NCBI GenBank assembly: GCA_029938605.1
Contig: JAOZUO010000015.1
Coordinates: 779 to 64,778, forward strand
Source: Deltaproteobacteria bacterium
Lineage (GTDB): Bacteria > Myxococcota_A > Polyangia > HGW-17 > JAJRWW01
Length of the DNA stretch: 64,000 nucleotides
Direction: 5' to 3'
Shown here: one piece after another, positions 57,683 to 64,000 of the stretch
How the letters are laid out: each line of letters begins with the position of its first letter
How positions within the stretch are numbered: the first letter of the stretch is position 1
The notes under the pieces: model-generated
The model's input: only the letters and a program-made list of their open reading frames with translations
What the model was told of the DNA's origin: nothing
Databases searched by the model: none
Position numbers and translations under genes: made by a program

Positions 57683-59551
57683 GTGAGCTTTTCAGATAAC
57701 AGCGGACACCCCATCGATGGCCCGATGACGGCGGATCCCAAGGGGCAAGACGACTTCGTGAGCGACGGCATCGTCTCCTCGGAGATCACCCGGATCTGGG
57801 GCGCCCGGATCCGGCTGGTGGTCGCGTCCACGGCGCTGGTGCTGGCGCTGGTGGGGCTACCGGTGAGCCCGCTGCTCTTTGGGGTGCTGGGGGGCTATCT
57901 CGGCCTGGCTGGGGTGGCTTTGGTGTGGGCTCAGGACATGCGCTGGCCCGCTTGGCACCTGGGCATATTCCTGGTGCTGGACGTGGCCGCCACGAGCCTT
58001 GGGGTCTATGCATTCGGGGTCAACACCATCATCGCCGCGTTCTTCTTCCCCCTGGTGGCGGGCTACGTCTTGAGCTGGGGCGCCCGGGTGGGTTTTGCGA
58101 CCATGGTCTTGACCCTGGCAGTCTACACGGTGCTCGTACTGCTGCAGCGGTACTCCGTGCTGCCGCCCGCGCCCCTGGCCCCGGTGCCGGCGCCGCCCGC
58201 CGGGCCGGCGTACTACGGCTTGACCCCCATCCCCCTGTTCCTGGTGGCCTTGGCGGGCGTGTACTTCTTCATGCACTACTCCATCCGCCGCATCGGGCGG
58301 CAGAACGAGCTCCTCCAGCAAAACCTGGTGGCCGCCCAGGAGGCCGAGGGGCGGCAGCGCACCTTACAGGAGCGCCTCGCCGAGGTGCAGCGCCTCGAGA
58401 GCCTCGGGCGTCTCGCCGGCGGCGTAGCCCACGACTTCAACAACATGCTCACGGCCATCCAGGGGTACGCCGAGCTGCTCAAGGATGCCGTGGCGGACGA
58501 CCCGGTGTCCCTGGAGGATCTGGACGAGGTGCTGCGCGCCACGGGGCAGGCCGCCGAGCTGACCCAGCAGTTGCTGGCCTTCAGCCGCAAGCAGGTGGTC
58601 CGGCCCCAGGTGCTCGACCTCTGCCGGATGGTCCAGGGGCTCGAACGCATGCTGGTCCGGATCATCGGCGAAGACGTTGATTTCCAGGTGCGCGTGGGGC
58701 ATCAGAGGTGCTGGGTCAAGGCCGATGAAACCCAGCTCGAGCAGCTTATCGTCAACCTCGTGGTGAACTCCCGGGACGCCCTTCCCCAGGGCGGCAGCAT
58801 CGTCGTGGAGGTCAAGCCGGTAAAGGTGGCGGAGGCGGCCGCCCCGCCCTTGGATCTACCCGCCGGTGGGGACTACGTGCTGCTCACCGTCCGTGACTCG
58901 GGTACGGGCATGGACGCCGGTACCCTGGAGCGCATCTTCGAGCCGTTTTACACCACCAAGGAGAAGGGGCGCGGAACCGGGCTCGGCCTGGCTACAGCGT
59001 ATGGAGTCATCAAGCAGCACGGCGGCGGTGTGCGCGTGTCCAGCACGCTGGGCAGTGGCACCACCTTTCGTGTGTACCTCCCTCAGACTACCGAGGCGGT
59101 CGAAACCCGCGCCGACTCCGCTTCGAGCGCTACTGGCGGGGATGAGACTCTGCTCGTGGTGGAGGATGAGCCTACCTTGCGGCGCCTTGTGGAGCGAGTG
59201 CTCACCCGGGCGGGGTATCGGGTGTACACGGCGGGTGACGGCGCGGCGGCACTCGTTCTGTTAGAGGCGCATGGGGACTCGGTGGATCTGCTCCTCACCG
59301 ACGTGGTCATGCCGGGGATGTCCGGTCAGCAGCTCGCCCGGAAGGTGACCGAGCGTCTCGGCGACCTGCGGGTGCTCTTCATGTCGGGCTACACCGACGG
59401 CACCATGGTGGACGACGGTGGCCTCCTCGCCCAGGACGTGAGCCTGCTGGAGAAGCCCTTCCACGAGGCCGTCCTCCTTCAGGCCGTCCGTGCGGTGCTG
59501 GACCGGGGTCAGTGGCGTCAACCGGTGGATGTGGCGGCCAGCGAAAAGTAA
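57683..59551 (+). CDS. Membrane hybrid histidine kinase with C-terminal receiver domain
   Basis: ~5 N-terminal TM helices, H-box LGRLAGGVAHDFNNMLTAIQGY, HATPase (GTGLGLATAYGVI), and a C-terminal REC (LLVVEDEPTLRRL...DLLLTDVVMPGMSG). Confidence 0.85.
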   Translation: MSFSDNSGHPIDGPMTADPKGQDDFVSDGIVSSEITRIWGARIRLVVASTALVLALVGLPVSPLLFGVLGGYLGLAGVALVWAQDMRWPAWHLGIFLVLDVAATSLGVYAFGVNTIIAAFFFPLVAGYVLSWGARVGFATMVLTLAVYTVLVLLQRYSVLPPAPLAPVPAPPAGPAYYGLTPIPLFLVALAGVYFFMHYSIRRIGRQNELLQQNLVAAQEAEGRQRTLQERLAEVQRLESLGRLAGGVAHDFNNMLTAIQGYAELLKDAVADDPVSLEDLDEVLRATGQAAELTQQLLAFSRKQVVRPQVLDLCRMVQGLERMLVRIIGEDVDFQVRVGHQRCWVKADETQLEQLIVNLVVNSRDALPQGGSIVVEVKPVKVAEAAAPPLDLPAGGDYVLLTVRDSGTGMDAGTLERIFEPFYTTKEKGRGTGLGLATAYGVIKQHGGGVRVSSTLGSGTTFRVYLPQTTEAVETRADSASSATGGDETLLVVEDEPTLRRLVERVLTRAGYRVYTAGDGAAALVLLEAHGDSVDLLLTDVVMPGMSGQQLARKVTERLGDLRVLFMSGYTDGTMVDDGGLLAQDVSLLEKPFHEAVLLQAVRAVLDRGQWRQPVDVAASEK

Positions 59552-59566
59552 CTGTCCGCTCTCAGT

Positions 59567-62095
59567 TTAGAAGGGCTGGTACACTACCGAGCCGCTGGCC
59601 ATCCAGCAGCCGGCCTTGGGATCGCATCGGATCATGGCGTTCTCGTGGTAGAAGCTCTCGATGATGGTGTAGCGCTTCATGTCCGCGGCCACCACGTAGA
59701 ACAGGTCCCGGCTGTTGCGGAAGCGGCGATTGCCCACGTACCGGCCATCGCCCACTTTGCGCAGCCCGCGCCAATAGTGCTCGCGGTACTTGGACCAGGT
59801 CTGCCCCATGTCGGCGGATACCAGGTTGTGGAACACGATGCGTCCCTTGTCGTCGAGGTAGAACTCCTCCCCCGTACCGCCGGCGGACAGCGCTCCGATG
59901 ACCCGGAAGTGGAGGCCGTTGTTGTCGGATCGGAGGAGCGCGCCGTCCCCCCGGCCGCGACTCCACCAGCGCCCCTTGGTGGTGGTGGTCACCGCCAGGA
60001 TGGTCTTGCCCTTGGCGATCATGTTCACCACGGGGTTTGACTGGCCCGTGAAGATCTGCCGCCAGGTGCTGCCTTTGTTGGTTGAGCGGTACAGCTCACC
60101 CTTGAGTCCGGAGACGTAGAGCGCGTTCGAGGCCCGCAGCACCTTGAAGAAACCCGCCCAACGGTTGGCGTCCGTCGTAAGTTTGCGGAACACGCCCAGG
60201 TGCCCGGTGGCCTTGAGGAGTGTCGCCCTCTCCCCGCCCACGTAGACCGATCCATCGGTGTCGATGAAGGCCGACAGCAGCGGTCCCAGCCGCTTGGGCA
60301 GCAGGGCGTTGCGCCAGGTGCGCCCGCCGTTGACCGAGGTCAGCACCTGCCGGTGGGTCACCACCACCAGCCGCTTGCCTCGCACGGCGAGATCCTGGAT
60401 GTTGCCCCAGAATTTGTAGCCAAAGTTGTAGTTCCAGTTTGACCCGCCGTCAGGCGTCACCGCCACCAGCCCCTTGACGCCCACCAGGATGCCGAAGTCA
60501 CCGTTGAAGGTGAACGTACGTGCCCTTGGGAAGCTGTCGGGCGAGCTGATCTCCCGGCTCACCTTGCAGGCTTTGCCCGCCTTGGGGAGCACGTTGGCGC
60601 ACTTGGTCAGCCGCTCGCTTTTGGGGAGCTCACCATACTGGGACTTGTCCTCGGGCTCGCTCCAACTCGTGCCTCCGTCGGTGGATACGAACAGTGACCC
60701 TCCGGCAGGGAGGAGCAGGCTCGAGCCCTTTTTCACGATATTGGTGAAGTTCTTTCTGGCGCCGGGATCCACCGTCTTCCAGCTCTTGCCCTTGTTTGTG
60801 GAGAGCAGGATCGTGCCGCCGCTGCCCACGATGAGCGCCTTGCTGCCCGACACCCAGATGTCGTTGAGGCTGCCCTTGATTTCGAGCTGTACCTGGTTCC
60901 AGCCGTCCCCGTCGTCGCTTTTTGCGAGGTTGCCCCGGGCGCCCAGAGCGAAGTACGGACCGCCGGAGAAGCCTCCCACCTTCCGCGTGCGGCCAAAGGG
61001 CACACGGCCCTGGTTCCAGGTTTTTCCTCCGTCGGTGCTGGACTGGATGAGGTCCCCGTCCACCACGAAGATCTCCTTGCTTGTCACGGCGTAGCCCGCG
61101 CCCTTCACCCGGCACACCAGGCCCCAGGTCTTCTCCACGCTGCCCAGCTTGCAGATCCCCTGGCTCGTGGGCGCCACGCGGGCGTCCGGCACGGTGGGGT
61201 GTACACTGGTGGGGCCCCAGGTGCGGCCGCTGTTTTTCGTCGTCCACACCTCACGTCCCACCTGGATGAGGATCTTGTTGCCCAAAGAGTAGATCTTCGA
61301 GGGCCGTTTCCCCTTGGGGAAGCGGAAGCCGTGGAACAGTGAGCCATCGTGATGATAGGACACCACGATGCCGCCCCTGCTGATGGCCACGGCGATCTTC
61401 TGGTTGGCCGCCACATCCGTGAAGTTGGCGTTGGTGACCTTTGGCAGGTCTTCCCACAGCAATCCCTTTTTGGACCAGGCGGCGAAGCCGACCTTGCCCA
61501 CCACGTAGTACGGCCCGCCGGCCCGCCCGTGCACCGCGAAGCTTTTACCGTGTTGGACGCGCTGGTAGTGCCAGTTGCGGCCCGAGTTCTTCGTGACACC
61601 CACGTGGTTGTCGTTGGTCAGCACGATGGCGTTGCCGTTGCCGATGGCTGCCGCATCGTAGATCTTGTCTGCCAGGAACACCGGCAGGGGCCGCCAGTGC
61701 AAAAAGCCCTTGGCCAGCGTGTTGGCCTGGACCGAGCCCTTGCGAAGCTTGGTGGGCGCCGCGGCCTTGGCGATGGGGTGGGCCGTGGCGCCCGACTTGC
61801 CCATTCCCTTGCCCGGGGCCATGGAGGAGGACTTGAAGAGCTTCGTGGCGTCGGCGAGGGCCCCCTTCTGCTTCCCCTTGTTTTGCTTTTTGCCCTTCGT
61901 GCTCTTTGGGGACTTTTTCTTGTCTGCGTCGCCACAGCCCAGGGTTGGGGAAAGGAGCATCGTTCCACAAAGGAGGCAAAGTAGTGTCCGAGTTCGTCTA
62001 TTCAAGGCAGCCCTCCATATTAGGCATCGTCGGGAACCCAGCGTACTGTGATCTTTGTCAAACGCCAGGAAAAACCGTTCGGCAGGTCTGGCCAA
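59567..62095 (-). CDS. BNR/Asp-box repeat beta-propeller lipoprotein with Lys-rich N-terminal linker
   Basis: The lipobox follows a signal (LLSPTLGC). At least 7 Asp-box motifs S/TxD/NxGxT/SW are present (STDGGKTWN, STNKGKSWK, STDGGTSWS, TPDGGSNWN, SVNGGRTWR, STNKGSTWR, SADMGQTWS). The start position is uncertain. Confidence 0.75.
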   Translation of the reverse strand: MARPAERFFLAFDKDHSTLGSRRCLIWRAALNRRTRTLLCLLCGTMLLSPTLGCGDADKKKSPKSTKGKKQNKGKQKGALADATKLFKSSSMAPGKGMGKSGATAHPIAKAAAPTKLRKGSVQANTLAKGFLHWRPLPVFLADKIYDAAAIGNGNAIVLTNDNHVGVTKNSGRNWHYQRVQHGKSFAVHGRAGGPYYVVGKVGFAAWSKKGLLWEDLPKVTNANFTDVAANQKIAVAISRGGIVVSYHHDGSLFHGFRFPKGKRPSKIYSLGNKILIQVGREVWTTKNSGRTWGPTSVHPTVPDARVAPTSQGICKLGSVEKTWGLVCRVKGAGYAVTSKEIFVVDGDLIQSSTDGGKTWNQGRVPFGRTRKVGGFSGGPYFALGARGNLAKSDDGDGWNQVQLEIKGSLNDIWVSGSKALIVGSGGTILLSTNKGKSWKTVDPGARKNFTNIVKKGSSLLLPAGGSLFVSTDGGTSWSEPEDKSQYGELPKSERLTKCANVLPKAGKACKVSREISSPDSFPRARTFTFNGDFGILVGVKGLVAVTPDGGSNWNYNFGYKFWGNIQDLAVRGKRLVVVTHRQVLTSVNGGRTWRNALLPKRLGPLLSAFIDTDGSVYVGGERATLLKATGHLGVFRKLTTDANRWAGFFKVLRASNALYVSGLKGELYRSTNKGSTWRQIFTGQSNPVVNMIAKGKTILAVTTTTKGRWWSRGRGDGALLRSDNNGLHFRVIGALSAGGTGEEFYLDDKGRIVFHNLVSADMGQTWSKYREHYWRGLRKVGDGRYVGNRRFRNSRDLFYVVAADMKRYTIIESFYHENAMIRCDPKAGCWMASGSVVYQPF

Positions 62096-62175
62096 CTCCG
62101 GCGGTCATGGTACTATTTGGGCAGCCTACGCATTCGCCTCCGCTGGGTGTTCGGGGCGATTAGGGGACACGGCCG

Positions 62176-62736
62176 ATGAAAGACAAAAAGTACGAACGAA
62201 CGGAGACAGTCGCGTACGACCCCGGGCGCCAGCGTCGGGACGGCATCGACGTGTCGGTGAAGCTGACGCCGGCCATACACAGCAAGGCGCTGGACATCCG
62301 CCGTATCACCGGGGTCGCCAATCTCAAGGCGGTCTTCCTCGCGGCATTGGACAAGCACGTGGGGACGTTGCGGTTGGTCATGGAGGACTACCGCATCTTT
62401 GCGGCGCCCGAGGACTTTGGGGATGAGAACTCCGTGCCGGTGACCACGGCCATCAAGAGCGTGGACGCCTCAGAGGTGGAGGACGACGACGTCATCACCG
62501 AGATGCGTTTCGGCTTCGAGGTGGTGGAGCTCAAGCTCATCGCCGAGATCCAGGATATGCTCATGCTGGGCTCCACTGACATCTCCACGCCGGTGACCCA
62601 GGCGGTCATGGCCTACTTCTGGATGTTGGACAAGCAGGCCAACGGCTATCCATCCATTCACGCCGTGAAGGAGGCGCCTCCCCGCTGTGTGGAGCTGGTC
62701 TTCAACCACTCCACCCTGCTCATCGAAGGCGGATGA
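62176..62736 (+). CDS. Hypothetical cytoplasmic protein with N-terminal ribbon-helix-helix-like segment
   Basis: 186 aa. Residues ~25-60 (VSVKLTPAIHSKALDIRRITGVANLKAVFLAALDKHV) fit a beta-strand/helix/helix RHH pattern. The acidic rest is unrecognised. Confidence 0.45.
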   Translation: MKDKKYERTETVAYDPGRQRRDGIDVSVKLTPAIHSKALDIRRITGVANLKAVFLAALDKHVGTLRLVMEDYRIFAAPEDFGDENSVPVTTAIKSVDASEVEDDDVITEMRFGFEVVELKLIAEIQDMLMLGSTDISTPVTQAVMAYFWMLDKQANGYPSIHAVKEAPPRCVELVFNHSTLLIEGG

Positions 62737-62752
62737 CGGGTTCTTAGCTGCC

Positions 62753-63973
62753 TTAGCGGGGTACGCAGACCAGAGCGGTGGACGGGGTGGCTCCGCTTTC
62801 GAGGATGAAACGGTCCTCGTCCCGGGCCTGGGAGCCGGGGATGGTGGCGCAGGACTCATTCTGTGGATAGGCCTTTGACACGCAGATCCCCTCGCTGGGG
62901 GTGGGGGACTCGGCGCAGAACGTGGGGGCGGTCCCGTCCAGGTCTGGGCAGTAACCGTCGCAGGGCAGCGAGCAGAATCCGAAGAGCTCATTGGTATCCG
63001 AGGTCTGGTAGGTGAAGCAGAAACCGGGGACATCGCCCGACAGGAAATCGCATTCACTGTGGTCTTCACAGGGGTCGCCCACCCACGTTTGCCGGGGAGG
63101 GGTCACACCGTTGAGCAGCGGAAAGGTGTCCACATCGTCGAGGCGGGTGAAGGTGAATCCAGCCTCCTCGAGCTCGGTGAGCATGGCGTCCAGGTTTTCA
63201 GGAGTGTAGGATTTGGTGTCGTGCATGAGCAGGATCCCGCCGTTTTGGGCGCGGGCCTGACTCAGCACCCAGCCGGGGAAGTTGGCCCGGTACTCATCGG
63301 GTACGTACCGGAAGGTGGACTCCGCGCAGTAGCCGTAGCCGCCCGTGGAGCTGTTGAAGCACCAGTCCGCGGTGTCGATGTGCCAACCTGTGACGTGATA
63401 GTCCAGGTCGGTGACCACCGCGTAGGTGGTGCAGTTCGTCGACCCGAAGGGGAACCGGAAGAAGGTGGGAGTCAGGCCGGCCTCGGCCAACAGCGGCGCC
63501 AGGATGTCGTGGGTCAGCTGCACCTCGGTCCGCCAGGTGTCTGCTGAGAGATTGGAGGCGTTCAGGTGGTTCTGGCTGTGATTCCCGATGATGTGCCCGT
63601 CGACGATCATCTGCCGGATCAGGTCCCGATGGGCGTCAGTGGTGATTCGTTTGCCGTTGACGAAAAAGGTCCCCGTGGCGTTGTGAGCCTTGAGCACGGC
63701 GAGCACTATCGGAGTCCGGACCAGGTCGGGACCGTCGTCGAAGGTCAAGGCGATACGGCCATCGAACCCCGAGTTGTCGGGGGGGCGGACACCGCTGCAG
63801 GTGGCTCCGTCAGCCTTACCTTCGGTGAGCAGCAACTCGGCGAAGGCGTCGTTGAGATCCTCTTCCTCTTCGACGTCGCCCTTGGTGTCGCCCTGACAGC
63901 CCATGAGGCCTACCGCCACACCGAGCACCAGGATGGCGCGTCCCACATGCAATTCTTTTAGGAAACCAGTCAT
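62753..63973 (-). CDS. Polysaccharide deacetylase (CE4, NodB-homology) lipoprotein with Cys-rich C-terminal extension
   Basis: Lipobox LMGC. NodB motifs: IALTFDDGPD, the HxxxH region GHIIGNHSQNH, RFPFG and LMHD. Confidence 0.8.
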   Translation of the reverse strand: MTGFLKELHVGRAILVLGVAVGLMGCQGDTKGDVEEEEDLNDAFAELLLTEGKADGATCSGVRPPDNSGFDGRIALTFDDGPDLVRTPIVLAVLKAHNATGTFFVNGKRITTDAHRDLIRQMIVDGHIIGNHSQNHLNASNLSADTWRTEVQLTHDILAPLLAEAGLTPTFFRFPFGSTNCTTYAVVTDLDYHVTGWHIDTADWCFNSSTGGYGYCAESTFRYVPDEYRANFPGWVLSQARAQNGGILLMHDTKSYTPENLDAMLTELEEAGFTFTRLDDVDTFPLLNGVTPPRQTWVGDPCEDHSECDFLSGDVPGFCFTYQTSDTNELFGFCSLPCDGYCPDLDGTAPTFCAESPTPSEGICVSKAYPQNESCATIPGSQARDEDRFILESGATPSTALVCVPR

Positions 63974-64000
63974 TTTGAACTCCCAAACAGTAAGCTAACT

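Overview
This is a 64 kb, very GC-rich chromosomal segment that looks Myxococcota-like. The lineage call rests on MopE-type 'DxDGDGYG...CDDxD' metal-binding repeats, a TIGR02232-like Cys-rich repeat lipoprotein, an AgmX/PglI C-terminal domain, FGE-domain proteins and a MYXO-CTERM-like tail. I call about 49 protein-coding genes and no rRNA, tRNA, CRISPR array, transposase or integrase.

Main gene content, in window order:
- a partial glmM followed by a coxMSL-order molybdenum-hydroxylase operon, with divergent ACT, XdhC and MocA cofactor-maturation genes
- a low-GC Cys-rich lipoprotein, then pepP and a 905-aa MopE-repeat secreted protein
- uracil-DNA glycosylase, a hotdog(Kal-like)::BKACE(Kce-like) fusion, an orphan beta-class DNA methyltransferase, a GT2 transferase, and histidine kinase, TPR and HEAT proteins
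- a putative polysaccharide lyase, a DsrE-family gene, a Ser/Thr pseudokinase, a 7TM-HD (PgpH-like) protein and cardiolipin synthase
- a PhnD-like binding protein with an MMPL/RND exporter
- two FGE-sulfatase-domain lipoproteins, a Tat-secreted unknown protein and a triheme c-type cytochrome lipoprotein
- inositol monophosphatase and a DUF1848 protein
- a degenerate GH13 protein with a maltodextrin-type ABC transporter
- a TerB::PPP-phosphatase fusion and a small lipoprotein
- a hybrid histidine kinase, CrcB fluoride channel and a second HK-REC
- a BNR propeller lipoprotein, an RHH-like protein and a CE4 deacetylase

Most noteworthy observations:
- selD carries an in-frame UGA aligned exactly with the catalytic Cys/Sec of SelD, followed by a hairpin. 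I read this as a selenocysteine-containing selenophosphate synthetase that the ORF track truncates.
- A 1.1 kb low-GC segment carrying the DsrE-family gene is bracketed by 28-bp imperfect direct repeats, and it also contains a (CCGGTCCC)n G-rich microsatellite.
- A 19-bp inverted-repeat pair lies downstream of the low-GC Cys-rich lipoprotein island.
- The predicted pseudokinase has all three catalytic motifs degenerated and is operonically coupled to the 7TM-HD protein and Cls.
- The hotdog::BKACE and TerB::PPP proteins are unusual fusions, and an FGE-lipoprotein plus Tat protein pair sits next to the triheme cytochrome.
- Many short in-frame tandem repeats occur inside conserved genes.

All functional calls are inferred from translated sequence and motifs only; no database search was possible.
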